From an uncultured Clostridia bacterium (GTDB lineage: Bacteria > Bacillota > Clostridia > TANB77 > CAG-508): a stretch of 64,000 nucleotides of DNA. This document shows, piece after piece, positions 11,313 to 22,374 of this stretch. Position numbers and translations under genes: made by a program. The notes below the pieces were generated by a model. It saw nothing but the letters and a program-made list of their open reading frames with translations, was not told where the DNA came from and did not search any database. Positions within the stretch are counted from its first letter, which is position 1; each line of letters starts with the position of its first letter. Location of the stretch: the NCBI GenBank assembly GCA_947624195.1, contig CANQJH010000003.1, forward strand, positions 7,369 through 71,368, in the 5' to 3' direction.

Positions 11313-11876
11313 TTAAATTCTTTCTAAGTATTCGCCTGTTCTAGTGTCTATTTTAATTGTGTCACCTATATTAACAAACATAGGAACATTTATTTCTAGA
11401 CCATTTTCTAATGTTGCAGGCTTTCCAGATGTAGTTGCTGTGTTTCCAGCAAATCCAGGCTCTGTATAGGTTACTTGTAATTCAATAAACATTGGAGGCT
11501 CTATTGAAAATACATTTCCTTTATAAGATAGGATTTTTACGTTCATATTTTCTTTTAAATATTTTAGGCTATCTCCAATTTGTTCTTTATTTAAAGGCAT
11601 TTGCTCATATGTCTCATTATCCATAAAATAATATAAATCGCCATCAGCATATAAATATTGCATTTCTCTTTTTTCAATTTCTGCTGATTGAAATTTCTCA
11701 GATGGATTGAATGTTTTTTCTATAACACTTCCTGTTATTACATTTTTAATTTTTGTTCTAACAAATGCTGAACCCTTTCCTGGTTTTACGTGTTGGAATT
11801 CAACTACTCTATATACGTTTCCTTCCATTTCAAATGTTGTACCGTTTCTAAAATCACCTGCTGTATATACTGCCAT
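11313..11876 (-). CDS. efp: Elongation factor P
   Basis: [29 protein letters not shown]. Confidence 0.98.
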   Translation of the reverse strand: MAVYTAGDFRNGTTFEMEGNVYRVVEFQHVKPGKGSAFVRTKIKNVITGSVIEKTFNPSEKFQSAEIEKREMQYLYADGDLYYFMDNETYEQMPLNKEQIGDSLKYLKENMNVKILSYKGNVFSIEPPMFIELQVTYTEPGFAGNTATTSGKPATLENGLEINVPMFVNIGDTIKIDTRTGEYLERI

Positions 11877-12017
11877 TATTATTTCCCCCTTTTTTAATTA
11901 TTATACAAAAATTTCTAGCACATATTATATTTTACAATAAAATAGCCTAAAAATCAAGCTTTTGGATATTTATTTTTATCTATGTGTAACATCTTCATTT
12001 TTAACTTATATAAAATA

Positions 12018-12434
12018 TTATTTTTTATTTATGTATCCTTCTAAAATATATACTGCTGCAAGAGTGTCAACTACTTGCTTTTTCTTTTTCTTGTCTATGT
12101 CTAAGAAATTCATTGTTCTATGTGCTTCGACTGATGTTAGCCTTTCATCTACTTGCACAATGTCTATTTTATTAAATCTAGATTTTAATTTATGCAAAAA
12201 GAGCTCTGTTTCCTCGGCTCTTTTTCCCTTTGTCCCGTCCATGTTAATAGGATTTCCTAATACTATACAACTAACATCATACTCATCTACCAATTCATTT
12301 ATTCTTTTTAAAATAATTTTATCACTGCCATTTGATGTTATTGTTTCTAGTCCTTGTGCTGTAATCCCTAATTCATCTGTTATGGCTACTCCTGTTCTTA
12401 CAGTACCATAATCTATTCCCAATATTCTACTCAT
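12018..12434 (-). CDS. ruvX: YqgF/RuvX family nuclease
   Basis: ILGIDYGTVRTGVA, DERLTS, VDTLAAVYIL. Confidence 0.93.
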   Translation of the reverse strand: MSRILGIDYGTVRTGVAITDELGITAQGLETITSNGSDKIILKRINELVDEYDVSCIVLGNPINMDGTKGKRAEETELFLHKLKSRFNKIDIVQVDERLTSVEAHRTMNFLDIDKKKKKQVVDTLAAVYILEGYINKK

Positions 12435-12483
12435 TTAATATTTCCTTTTTGTTTTATTGCTAATTCAAATTTCTTTGAATTAA

Positions 12484-12738
12484 TTATTTGTCTACATCAA
12501 TATATTCCTGTACCATTTTTTCAAGTAATTCATCTCTTTCGATTTGTCTTATTAAATTACGTGCTTCTTTATGGCTTGTAATATACGTTGGGTCACCTGA
12601 TAGGATATATCCTACAATTTGATTTATTGGATTATACCCTTTTTCCCTTAAAGCTTCATAGACTTCTTTTAAGATTTCTTTAGTTTTTGCATTTTCTTCT
12701 CTCTCAACTTTAAAACTCATTGTCTCATCTGTTGCCAT
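12484..12738 (-). CDS. ireB: IreB/ReoM (UPF0297) regulatory phosphoprotein
   Basis: [26 protein letters not shown]...ARNLI. Confidence 0.93.
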   Translation of the reverse strand: MATDETMSFKVEREENAKTKEILKEVYEALREKGYNPINQIVGYILSGDPTYITSHKEARNLIRQIERDELLEKMVQEYIDVDK

Positions 12739-12751
12739 ATTTACACCTCCT

Positions 12752-13918
12752 TTATAGTGTATTTATTGTGTTTTCATCTGATAAATCAATATATTCCTCT
12801 ACCTTTTTTAATGCTCCATCCAATGACGTTCCTTTATAATATGTAGATATTGCTATCCTTAACTTAGGGCTTACTACAACTTCAACATCTTCTGCATCAT
12901 TTAAATTATTATTATCACCTATTTCAAGCTGACCTTCGTTTACTTTTTCATAATCATCTTGTTCGTCATAATAATAGTAATCATCAGCTGCTTCAATTTG
13001 CATACTTTCAACTTTACTTTTTAGCCCTCTCATAAAATTGTTAACACCACTAACATCAGCTCCCGAAAATACAATTGCAAATTTAGGTCCCATAAATCTT
13101 ACAAATATATACTCTTTTCCCAAACTGTTTTTTACGAGGTTAGCTACTTGAGTAATTACCATATCTCCTGTTTTTCTACTAATTTCTGTATTTATATTTG
13201 GAAGATTTGTTATTTTAAATATACAAATCGCTGATGTAGTATATCTGTCAATAATCTTTTTGCCTTCTCCATATAGATATTCTGCAGATTTTAGTCCAGA
13301 AAATAAATCGTCTCTAACTATATTTTCAATTGTAGATTGTTTTTCTACTGTTTTTAATATTGTTACTATATTGTTTCTAACTACTTCTAGTATAGTAGTA
13401 TCAATTTTATCAAATTCGTGTGGCATACTTCCTTCTATTATCCAGTAACCAATATATACATTATCTACATATAATGGAAAGAATATCGCACACTTAGCCC
13501 TTCCAAATTCCATCTTTTGGTATGGTAATTTTTCGTTTTCATTTTCTACAGTTACGTATTTGGGAGTTGCAGTTTTTATGCTATCTCCAAAGACCGGGTC
13601 ATTTTGCAGATTCTTTAATGCTTCCCAGTGTTTTTGTTCTACGTTTGAAGCTCTAATCTTATATTCAGCTCCATCAAATACTACAATAGTAGAGTATTTG
13701 ATGGCATACTTATTTATTAATATATCATTTATATTTTCTAATTTTTCTTTTATAGTAGTATTTTCGCCAAGAGTATTCATAAATTCTTGTAGAACATTTA
13801 AGCTTGTTACTCTTTGATTTAAATTAGTAAATGTATCTATTTTTTTGTGTACTGAGTAATTGTATATCATTAGAAGCATTACTATAAATACTAATACTAT
13901 TATAGTGCCTAGTACCAA
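12752..13918 (-). CDS. Membrane-anchored GAF + degenerate GGDEF-like protein
   Basis: TM anchor; GAF-like [13 protein letters not shown]; [31 protein letters not shown] where RxGGDEF is expected. Confidence 0.65.
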   Translation of the reverse strand: MVLGTIIVLVFIVMLLMIYNYSVHKKIDTFTNLNQRVTSLNVLQEFMNTLGENTTIKEKLENINDILINKYAIKYSTIVVFDGAEYKIRASNVEQKHWEALKNLQNDPVFGDSIKTATPKYVTVENENEKLPYQKMEFGRAKCAIFFPLYVDNVYIGYWIIEGSMPHEFDKIDTTILEVVRNNIVTILKTVEKQSTIENIVRDDLFSGLKSAEYLYGEGKKIIDRYTTSAICIFKITNLPNINTEISRKTGDMVITQVANLVKNSLGKEYIFVRFMGPKFAIVFSGADVSGVNNFMRGLKSKVESMQIEAADDYYYYDEQDDYEKVNEGQLEIGDNNNLNDAEDVEVVVSPKLRIAISTYYKGTSLDGALKKVEEYIDLSDENTINTL

Positions 13919-13937
13919 AAGATATCACCTCTTTATC

Positions 13938-16754
13938 TTAAAAATTATTTGTTCTCATCCTATTTAATGTATCGTTTACATTGTTAGAAAATTGTGTCTG
14001 TGGTCCCTGTTGTTTATTTTTTTTACCTCCAAATAATCCATGTTTTTCTTCTGTATTATTTAGTTGGCTTATACTTCTATTTCCTCCTGAAATAAGAGGA
14101 TATACCATATTTTTTAATTCATCCAAGGCTTGCAAAAAGTTTTGTGAATATCCATTTAAACTTAAGCTACACATTGCAATTGAATCAAGATATCTAGCAT
14201 ATGTGTCCATTTCAAATGGTATAGTAACATACTTTATTGTTTGAGCATTAAATAAGTCTCTTTGTAATGTCATTGATGGTTCATTATATTTTGACATACC
14301 GCCAATAATTAGTTTTTCGTCCAATCTTTTTAATTTAACATATTTATTAATTACAATTCTTAATTTTGATTCATCTAGTTTATTTTTTAATTTTAAATCA
14401 CTTAAAAACTGTGTTAATGGCTGAATTGTAAATGTATCCATTGACTGAATCAAATATATTTCATTAGCTGAAACAAAGTAATCAGCTGGTGTTTCAAAGT
14501 CACAATCCAATAGTGCTACTTCGTAGTTATTAGATAATGTACTTAAAACTATATCTTTATTTAACTCTTCATTTTCTTCTGGTAATGATGTAAATATTGT
14601 AAGATTTTTATTTACTTCTAATCCATCAACTATACCACTTGATAAATTTTTCAAACTATCAGTTGCTTTTTTCATCAAGTTAGCGTCATTGTCTGTAAAC
14701 ATATAATAAGAATTTTTGTTTTTTGTTAAATCAAGTACTGCTGTTTTTACGCCGTTCTGTGACAATAATTGTGCTAAATTATTGACTATAAATGATGTTC
14801 CATTTTTAGTTGTTCCTACAAATGCTACTATCTTTCCGTTTCCGGCTAAAACGTTGGTGTTGTAGCTGTCTTGTGGGATTGTGCTTGTCATCTGGTTTTC
14901 ATAACTATTTGGTGTATACGAATTTACATTACTATTTGGTTGGTATGAATCATATATATTGCTTGTATTTTGATTTGTTTCATAAGTATTATTCAAATTA
15001 CTATTTGTGTCATATGGGTTGCTCAAATCATTGTATGTGTTACTTGTTCCATATGGGTTATTGTTTACATTGTCATATGCATCATTTTGCATAGTTTGAT
15101 TTGGTTGTACATCTGGCATACTTGGTGCGCTTTGAGAATTTTCTTCTAAATCCAAATCAAATAAATTTGTATCACTACTTTCATCAGTTGTGCCCATACT
15201 TTCTATATCATTGTCAAAGCCTGGTAGCACTGCACTTTCAGTTGTGCTTTGTGTATCTCCTACTGGATCCATACTAAATAAATCTACTGTATCATCACTT
15301 TCTTCTAGTCCTGGTAAGATATCATCAAATGCATTTAATTGATTTTCATCTTCACTTGGAATATAATTAGTTGATTCTACTGTTGGAGTAGGTGCAACTG
15401 GTGCAGAAGGCTGCACATAAGGTGTTGGCGTGACTACCGGTTGAACTACTGAATTAGTTTGTTTAGGTGGTCTTCCCCTTTTTCTTTTTGGTTGTTGAAT
15501 AACAGAATCCACTGCTTGAGTTTGACCTACACTTGGTGTTGCTGATTGTGGTTGGCTCATACTTGGTGCTACTACTTGTGGTTGACTCATACTTGGTTCT
15601 ATTGATTGTGATTGGCTCATATTTGGTGCTACTACTTGTTGTGGGTTCATACTTGGTTCTACTGATTGTGGTTGGCTCATATTTGGTGCTACTACTTGTT
15701 GTGGGTTCATACTTGGTGCTACTGATTGCGACTGGCTTACACTTGGTGTAGGGGCAACTTTTCTTGGTCTTCCTCTTCCTCTCTTTTGAACTGTTTCTGA
15801 AATATTCTCATTACTCATATTATTATTCATCTGTGACATACCTTCTCTATTAACTCCTTGCTCTATAGGATTTTGGTTTTGTGCATTATTTTGCACTCGT
15901 GACAAATCACTCTTGTTAATATTTATAGTTGATGGAATTATAACAGGCTTTGTCATTGTTGTTTTTTCTAAATCTTTAGTTAAGAAATCAATTGTCCCTG
16001 GCTTTCTAGGATTTTGTCTTTGATATGCCTGATAAGCTCCATTTGATAATACTGTGCCACCTTTCATAAGCTTTTGATATTTGCTTGAATTAGCCTCTAA
16101 GATAGACTTTACTTCATTTGGTAAAAAGTTCACTATTATTCTTAATTGGGTTTCATTGTATTGATCTGAAATGCTATTAAAACTCTCAACACATTTTTTT
16201 ACATTTGTTCCAATTTTTCTATAATGTGATAAAATATTTTGAATCTCATTTTCGCTTACATCTTGGTCATTTTCACGTTCATATAATCCGACTTTATCCG
16301 ACTCTACTCTATAATAGCTCTTGGCTTCTTTTTTATTTCTAGGTTTATTTATTAAATTGCAGACTGTATCTATACTTCTATCGTTTCCTATTATTGCATT
16401 ATAAATTCCTATTCCAAATAATTTTATTAGCAATTGATCTGATTGTGCTCTTCTATCTGAACATATAAATATAATTGGAATATCTTCACCTGTTGGCTTT
16501 GACGCTTCGTCACTTATTCCATCTAATTTTTCAAATAAAAACTTATCAACCGCTTCATAATTATTATTTGAAATAGGTTCTAAATCTTCGCCTATAACAA
16601 TTGCGTCATATGATTTATTTATTTGTAATTCTTTTATTATTGCATTAAAGTAATAAACATTCTTGCTTGTGATTATTTCCTTATATTTTTGTTGATATTT
16701 ATTTACAACTGATGTTGTAATATTATCATTACTTACTGCAAATAAAACTCTCAT
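13938..16754 (-). CDS. Large protein: receiver-like N-terminus, two AT-hooks in a disordered linker, C-terminal ParA/MinD (CpaE/TadZ-like) fold
   Basis: KRGRGRPRK and KRKRGRPPK; IVAFVGTTKNGTSFIVNNLAQLL, TAVLDL, ALLDC, IVINKY. Confidence 0.6.
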   Translation of the reverse strand: MRVLFAVSNDNITTSVVNKYQQKYKEIITSKNVYYFNAIIKELQINKSYDAIVIGEDLEPISNNNYEAVDKFLFEKLDGISDEASKPTGEDIPIIFICSDRRAQSDQLLIKLFGIGIYNAIIGNDRSIDTVCNLINKPRNKKEAKSYYRVESDKVGLYERENDQDVSENEIQNILSHYRKIGTNVKKCVESFNSISDQYNETQLRIIVNFLPNEVKSILEANSSKYQKLMKGGTVLSNGAYQAYQRQNPRKPGTIDFLTKDLEKTTMTKPVIIPSTININKSDLSRVQNNAQNQNPIEQGVNREGMSQMNNNMSNENISETVQKRGRGRPRKVAPTPSVSQSQSVAPSMNPQQVVAPNMSQPQSVEPSMNPQQVVAPNMSQSQSIEPSMSQPQVVAPSMSQPQSATPSVGQTQAVDSVIQQPKRKRGRPPKQTNSVVQPVVTPTPYVQPSAPVAPTPTVESTNYIPSEDENQLNAFDDILPGLEESDDTVDLFSMDPVGDTQSTTESAVLPGFDNDIESMGTTDESSDTNLFDLDLEENSQSAPSMPDVQPNQTMQNDAYDNVNNNPYGTSNTYNDLSNPYDTNSNLNNTYETNQNTSNIYDSYQPNSNVNSYTPNSYENQMTSTIPQDSYNTNVLAGNGKIVAFVGTTKNGTSFIVNNLAQLLSQNGVKTAVLDLTKNKNSYYMFTDNDANLMKKATDSLKNLSSGIVDGLEVNKNLTIFTSLPEENEELNKDIVLSTLSNNYEVALLDCDFETPADYFVSANEIYLIQSMDTFTIQPLTQFLSDLKLKNKLDESKLRIVINKYVKLKRLDEKLIIGGMSKYNEPSMTLQRDLFNAQTIKYVTIPFEMDTYARYLDSIAMCSLSLNGYSQNFLQALDELKNMVYPLISGGNRSISQLNNTEEKHGLFGGKKNKQQGPQTQFSNNVNDTLNRMRTNNF
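15501..15750. repeat. Coding 30-bp tandem repeat, about 8 units (PSMSQPQSVA-like)
   Basis: ACTTGGTGCTACTGATTGTGGTTGGCTCAT-like units in exact 30-nt register. Confidence 0.9.
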
Positions 16755-16758
16755 TAGT

Positions 16759-17172
16759 TTAACCCCTCCAACCTTTTACTATAATTGCAAATACAAGAGG
16801 TAACACTTGACATATTACCATCAAAGTTATTACTGCAATCATTGTGTTAAATCCTTTGTAGTGTGACTCTAAATGTCTGATACCAATAACGTACTGGTAT
16901 ATTGCACTTATCGCGATTCCTAGAATACCAAATGGTAAACTATAAATTCTAACTTTATTTAAAATATATGCTACTAATCCATATGAATCACTACCATATG
17001 CTTCTTTATAATCTTCCATTGACTGTAATTCTTGGTCTTTTATTTCTACTAATTTGCTCTTTGTTTCATTTGATATTATTTCTCCTGTAGTATTTGCAGC
17101 ATAGCATGAACCTATGCAAAATAAACAAAATAAACATACAAATATCACGAAACTTGCTACAATTTTTTTCAT
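16759..17172 (-). CDS. Signal peptide + two-TM protein (VirB2/TrbC pilin-like topology)
   Basis: ATG 17172 behind AAAGGAGG; signal ending CYA-A; two hydrophobic helices with a short basic loop. Confidence 0.5.
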   Translation of the reverse strand: MKKIVASFVIFVCLFCLFCIGSCYAANTTGEIISNETKSKLVEIKDQELQSMEDYKEAYGSDSYGLVAYILNKVRIYSLPFGILGIAISAIYQYVIGIRHLESHYKGFNTMIAVITLMVICQVLPLVFAIIVKGWRG

Positions 17173-17238
17173 GATATATAATCCTCCTTTATATCTTATA
17201 TAATAATACACTAACTTTTATAAAATATCAAGCAAATT

Positions 17239-18471
17239 TTATAATTTATTATATAAATACATCATCCATCTATATACTCCATTTGCCCAGTTTGTATCTG
17301 TTGCATATGACTTATTTACAGCTGTTAACGTTGCACCCCTATAATATGTTCCCACTGCTTTTTCTCCATTGTATATATCTGTTCCAGATGGGTTTATATA
17401 ATATTTAACAAATACCCTTGCAACCAAATCTATTCCTTCAGCATAGGTTTCAAATGTGGCTGCACTTCCTCCTGGATCTCTATCATAAGCTCCATATCCA
17501 AATAAATTCTTTTTATTTAAAGATATAGACGATGTTCCCCAAGCACTTTCATGTATTCCAACCGCAGCAACAAATAATCCATTTACATTATATTGCTGTT
17601 CTACATAGTAGAAATACTCTGCATTTTCAGTGAATATGTGATTTTTATCATTTGCATCATTTTCTAATACTTTCTTAAACTGTTCTAAGCTTAGTCCACT
17701 TTTTCTATTCAAAAGCATACTAAATCCTAAATTTTGACTAAGTTCCTCTCTTGTATATTGATTGTTATTTTCGTCTCCGTCACCTGTTCCATTAGGATTA
17801 ACATATGTTAAGCAGTCCATTGGAGCCCAGCCTAAATAGGTTTGATATTCAACATAATACCAACCATCTTGTTTTGCTTTTAATGTAACAGTATCGCCCA
17901 CTTTAATTGTAATAAGTTTTTTTGCTTCTGCATTAGGTTCTGTCCTTATTGCTAATGTATTAGACGTTGCTTTTAATGTATCTCCTACTATTGGAACATA
18001 GTTATTAGAAAAAGCTGCTGTTCCAATTTCAACAATTTTATCTATTGACACCTTTTTTATTTCAGATGAAATTTGTTCCTCTGAAATTAGCTCTCCACTT
18101 TTGTATATTTTCTTTATTATAGAATCTTGCTTACCATCTTGTCCTTCTTGAAGAGTTTGCATTTGTCCTTTCGCTAGAGAATCGTTTTGTCTATATATAG
18201 TAGTAAATTCAATATCTGTCTCTTGTTTTTCGATTTTTTCTGTTATAATTTCTTGCTCGTTTTTTTCAATTATGCTTTCTAAATTTATTGCTTTAGATGG
18301 ATTTTGCTTTGTTATTGGCACTGTAAATTCCAAAGCTGCCGTTGCCGAAGTTTCTTCCACCTCATATGTATTGCTTGCTACTTTACGAGTAATGCAAACA
18401 ATAGCTATAACTACGGTTATGGCTATTATCAATGCAATTATGTACTTATATAAAAAAGTTGTTTTTTGCAT
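17239..18471 (-). CDS. G5 + SH3b + GH73 glucosaminidase cell-wall hydrolase
   Basis: G5 (QEGQDG...KIVEIGT), SH3b (IRTEPN...GWYYVEY), HESAWGTS...NLFGYGA...YATDTNWA. Confidence 0.85.
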   Translation of the reverse strand: MQKTTFLYKYIIALIIAITVVIAIVCITRKVASNTYEVEETSATAALEFTVPITKQNPSKAINLESIIEKNEQEIITEKIEKQETDIEFTTIYRQNDSLAKGQMQTLQEGQDGKQDSIIKKIYKSGELISEEQISSEIKKVSIDKIVEIGTAAFSNNYVPIVGDTLKATSNTLAIRTEPNAEAKKLITIKVGDTVTLKAKQDGWYYVEYQTYLGWAPMDCLTYVNPNGTGDGDENNNQYTREELSQNLGFSMLLNRKSGLSLEQFKKVLENDANDKNHIFTENAEYFYYVEQQYNVNGLFVAAVGIHESAWGTSSISLNKKNLFGYGAYDRDPGGSAATFETYAEGIDLVARVFVKYYINPSGTDIYNGEKAVGTYYRGATLTAVNKSYATDTNWANGVYRWMMYLYNKL

Positions 18472-18608
18472 AACTTTTCTCCCAATAATATTGTAAACTT
18501 AATTCATTGTTTTGTCAATTATTGAAAGAATTTTTGTTGCAATTCACTTGTTAAAAATTTTGTACTATTGTATAATAATGCAAAATTAAGTAAAGGCAGG
18601 ATTTTGTT

Positions 18609-19244
18609 ATGGATAAAAAAGAAGCAATAAATATAGTAAAAAAATTAAAGGAAATGTACCCAGATGCAAAATGTAGCTTAGATTTTAGCACTCCTTTTGA
18701 AATGCTTGTTGCAGTTTGCTTATCTGCTCAGTGTACAGACGATAGAGTTAATATGGTTACTCCTAATTTATTTAAGGTGTATGACACCCCTGAAGATTTT
18801 GCTAACTGTGATTTATCTAAGTTAGAGGACTTGATTCACTCATGTGGTTTTTATAAAAATAAAGCTAAAAATTTAAAAGCTGCTGGTCAAAAAATAGTGT
18901 CCGATTTTCATGGCAATGTTCCTGAAACAATGGAAGAATTAGTTACCATCCCTGGTGTTGGTAGAAAAAGTGCTAATGTTATTATGCTTGAGGCTTTTAA
19001 TAATCCGCAAGGAATTGCAGTTGATACTCATGCCAGACGTCTTGCCAACCGTATTGGTTTTTCTGGAGAATCCGACCCTTCTAAAGTTGAAGCTGATTTA
19101 TGCAAGTTAATTCCCAAAGAATATTGGAAAGATATAAATCATATACTAATTTGGCACGGTAGAAAAACCTGTTCTTCTCAAAAGCCTAAATGCGAAACTT
19201 GTTTGCTTAATGATGTTTGTAAAGATTATAAAAATAGATTATAA
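18609..19244 (+). CDS. nth: Endonuclease III
   Basis: LSAQCTD, HhH IPGVGRKSA, AVDTH, CxxxxxxCxxCxxxxxC. Confidence 0.96.
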   Translation: MDKKEAINIVKKLKEMYPDAKCSLDFSTPFEMLVAVCLSAQCTDDRVNMVTPNLFKVYDTPEDFANCDLSKLEDLIHSCGFYKNKAKNLKAAGQKIVSDFHGNVPETMEELVTIPGVGRKSANVIMLEAFNNPQGIAVDTHARRLANRIGFSGESDPSKVEADLCKLIPKEYWKDINHILIWHGRKTCSSQKPKCETCLLNDVCKDYKNRL

Positions 19245-19297
19245 GACAAATCGAAAGAAGATTACATTAATATAAATTGATTTGAAAATTTTGATAT

Positions 19298-19350
19298 GAA
19301 AATGAACTCTCCCTATTAAACTTTTTTAATAAAGAGGGTTCAATTCATTT
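19298..19350. terminator. Bidirectional terminator between nth and the P-type ATPase
   Basis: TGAACTCTC...GAGGGTTCA inverted repeat between convergent genes. Confidence 0.55.
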
Positions 19351-19358
19351 TTAACAAT

Positions 19359-22097
19359 TTACACCTCATCTTTTGAGGAATTTATTTTTAACAATTTCAT
19401 TAATTCAACAACTATTACTGGCATTATAATTAATAATAGACAGTCTAATATTTTATCCAATGGAAGTGCTATAATACCAAATATACTTTGTAAAAATGGT
19501 ATAAATAGTACTGCAAACATTAACAAGCTTGAAGCACCTATTGCTAAAAATAGCATTTTATTTTTAAATGTTTCTACTTTGAATATACTTTCTTTGTTGT
19601 TTCTTATATTAAATACATGAATAAGCTCTGCAAATGCTAATACAATAAATGCCATTGTTCGGCCTGTTTCTATTTTTACTTCTTCTGCTGTTAGTTTTGG
19701 ATACTTAGTCATTATACTAGCTATAGTTTCGTCACTTGAAGCTAATCCTATGATAAAAGCCACTAAAGTTATTAAACCTATCATTATTCCTTGGTAAACA
19801 ATTCTCCAAGTCATACCTTTTGTGAATATTCCTTTATTCTTATTAGGTTTTCTTTTCATAACGTTTCTATTTGCTGGGTCAACTGATAAAGCTAACGCTG
19901 GCAAAGAGTCTGTCACTAAATTAATCCACAATAATTGAGGCACTAAGAATATTACAATTTTATCTATACCAACTCCAAATGCTTTACTTAGCCAAGGTGT
20001 TAATAATATCGACAAAAACAATACTACTATCTCTCCTATGTTGCTTGAAAGTAAGAATTGGATTGCTTTTAATATATTGTCATATATTCTTCTGCCTTCT
20101 TCTACACTGTCTACAATTGTTGCAAAATTATCATCTGTTAAAATTATATCTGCCGCTTCTTTTGATACATCAGTTCCTACAATGCCCATAGCACAACCAA
20201 TATTTGATGTCTTAAGTGCAGGTGCGTCATTTACTCCATCACCTGTCATAGCAACTACTTCTCCATAGCTTTGCCATGCTTTTACAATTCTCACTTTATG
20301 TTCTGGTGATACTCTTGCATATACTGAGTATTTTTTTACATTTTTCACTAATTCTTCATCAGTCATTTTCTCTAGTTCTACACCTGTTATAGCTTCTTTT
20401 TCATCAGTTAAAATGCCTAAATCTTTTGCTATGGCAGTAGCAGTGATTTTATGGTCACCTGTAATCATGACTGTTCTAATGCCAGCTGTTTTACATTTCT
20501 CGACTGCTTCTTTTACTTCTACTCTTGGTGGATCTATCATTCCGCACATACCCAAAAATACTAGGTCTTTTTCTATGTCCTTCATATCTTTCTTAGTTGG
20601 CAAATAGTCTAGTTCTTTATAAGCCATGCCTAATACTCTTAAAGCATCTTTTGCCATAGCTTCATTTCCTTTTTTTATATTTTCTTCATATTCAGTTGTT
20701 AAACTTTCCTCATCGCCATTTAACGCAATTTGACTACATCTAGCTAATAGTTCATCTATCCCACCTTTGGTATAAACAATGTAATGCTCTCCAACTTTAT
20801 TTACAGTAGTCATTAATTTTCTTGTTGAGTCAAAAGGAATTTCCTCAACTCTTGGATTTTGGTCAAACTTGCTTGGATCAAAATTTAATGTAAATCCCAT
20901 ATCTACAAGTGCTGTTTCAGTAGGATCTCCCATTAGCTTTTTATCTTCGCCTATTTTAGTATCATTGCATAACATACTGGTATAGACTAATCCTCTAAGT
21001 TCATCATCGATTTCTTTAATATCATCTATATTTTTTACATTATTATTCCAAAATATCTTCTTAACTGTCATTTTATTTTGGGTCAATGTTCCTGTTTTAT
21101 CTGTACAAATTACAGTTGTACAGCCAAGTGTTTCAACTGCTGGAAGCTTTTTAACTATAGCGTGTTTCTTTACCATCCTTTGGACACCTATTGCTAAAAC
21201 AATTGTAGATACCGCTGCTAAGCCTTCTGGTATTGCAGCAACAGCTAAGCTTACTGCCGTCATAAACATATCTAGTGGCTCTTTTCCATAAATCAAGCCA
21301 ATTACAAATATAACTGCACATATTGCTAAAGCAACTATTCCTAACACTTTACCCAGCTTATTTAATTTTTGAGCAAGTGGAGTTTCTTCCTTTTGGGTAT
21401 CATTTATTATTTGAGCAATTTTTCCAACTTCAGTATTCATACCAGTTTCAACAACAATGCCTTTGCCCCTACCATAGGTTACTAGAGAAGATGAAAAAGC
21501 CATGTTAATTCTATCAGCTATTCCTATTTCTTTTTGTTCAATATGTCTTGTCACTTTTTCAACTGGTACAGACTCACCTGTTAATGCTGATTCCTGTGTT
21601 TTTAAATTTACCGCTTCAATTAGTCTTAAGTCTGCTGGTACAAAATCCCCAGTTTCTAGTACAACTATATCTCCAGGCACAAGCTCTTGAGCCTGCAGTA
21701 CAACTTGCTTCCCGTTTCTTATAACTTTCGCTGTATTAGCACTTAACTTTTGCAATGCTTCAAGTGACTTTTCTGCTTTGTTTTCTTGTACAACACCTAT
21801 TATTGCATTAGCAATTATTACTAGCATGATAATAATTGTATCTGTTAATCCTTCTCCCTCTATAACTCCAATTGCCCCTGAAATTATAGCTGCTATAATT
21901 AATACAATTATCATAAAATCTTTAAATTGTTCTAAAAATTTTATAAATATGCTCTTTTTCTTGCCTTCTTTTAATTTATTTAATCCATACTCTTGCTGTC
22001 TAGCTGTGACTTCAGTTGTATTTAATCCATCTTCAACATTTGTTTTTAATTCACTTTCAACTTCTTTTACACTTTTTTCATACCAATTCTTTTCCAT
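19359..22097 (-). CDS. P2A-type (Ca2+) cation-transporting ATPase
   Basis: LTGES, IPEGL, DKTGTLT, TGDGVNDAP, LWINLVTD. Confidence 0.93.
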   Translation of the reverse strand: MEKNWYEKSVKEVESELKTNVEDGLNTTEVTARQQEYGLNKLKEGKKKSIFIKFLEQFKDFMIIVLIIAAIISGAIGVIEGEGLTDTIIIMLVIIANAIIGVVQENKAEKSLEALQKLSANTAKVIRNGKQVVLQAQELVPGDIVVLETGDFVPADLRLIEAVNLKTQESALTGESVPVEKVTRHIEQKEIGIADRINMAFSSSLVTYGRGKGIVVETGMNTEVGKIAQIINDTQKEETPLAQKLNKLGKVLGIVALAICAVIFVIGLIYGKEPLDMFMTAVSLAVAAIPEGLAAVSTIVLAIGVQRMVKKHAIVKKLPAVETLGCTTVICTDKTGTLTQNKMTVKKIFWNNNVKNIDDIKEIDDELRGLVYTSMLCNDTKIGEDKKLMGDPTETALVDMGFTLNFDPSKFDQNPRVEEIPFDSTRKLMTTVNKVGEHYIVYTKGGIDELLARCSQIALNGDEESLTTEYEENIKKGNEAMAKDALRVLGMAYKELDYLPTKKDMKDIEKDLVFLGMCGMIDPPRVEVKEAVEKCKTAGIRTVMITGDHKITATAIAKDLGILTDEKEAITGVELEKMTDEELVKNVKKYSVYARVSPEHKVRIVKAWQSYGEVVAMTGDGVNDAPALKTSNIGCAMGIVGTDVSKEAADIILTDDNFATIVDSVEEGRRIYDNILKAIQFLLSSNIGEIVVLFLSILLTPWLSKAFGVGIDKIVIFLVPQLLWINLVTDSLPALALSVDPANRNVMKRKPNKNKGIFTKGMTWRIVYQGIMIGLITLVAFIIGLASSDETIASIMTKYPKLTAEEVKIETGRTMAFIVLAFAELIHVFNIRNNKESIFKVETFKNKMLFLAIGASSLLMFAVLFIPFLQSIFGIIALPLDKILDCLLLIIMPVIVVELMKLLKINSSKDEV

Positions 22098-22256
22098 ACA
22101 AATCTCCTTAAGGTGTTATCTAAAAATTGCTATTCCCATTTAAATAAGAAATTATTTTATACCTAAAACTTTGAATAGTAACCTTATTAATTATACTCTA
22201 TATTAATACAAAATAAAACTATAGTATTGTAAAAACATAAAATTTGCTTCATTCGA

Positions 22257-22312
22257 CCTACGCTGGCGCTCCGATTTGGCGCTGCGCGGCTTATTCCCAA
22301 ATAACTATATTT
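22257..22312. repeat. GC-rich 56-bp intergenic repeat, copy 1
   Basis: 49/56 identical to the reverse complement of 26995-27050. Confidence 0.85.
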
Positions 22313-22374
22313 ATGTTTTTTAATAGTTATGCATAATTACACCTTTGCTTCTTCCATTCGTTTGAATAGATTAG

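Noticed and set aside
15501-15750. CRISPR array
   Set aside because: Contiguous in-frame 30-bp coding repeat without unique spacers; no cas genes.
22098-22374. yybP-ykoY Mn riboswitch before the P-type ATPase
   Set aside because: Consensus motifs not found; the GC-rich segment is the dispersed repeat, which also occurs inverted elsewhere.
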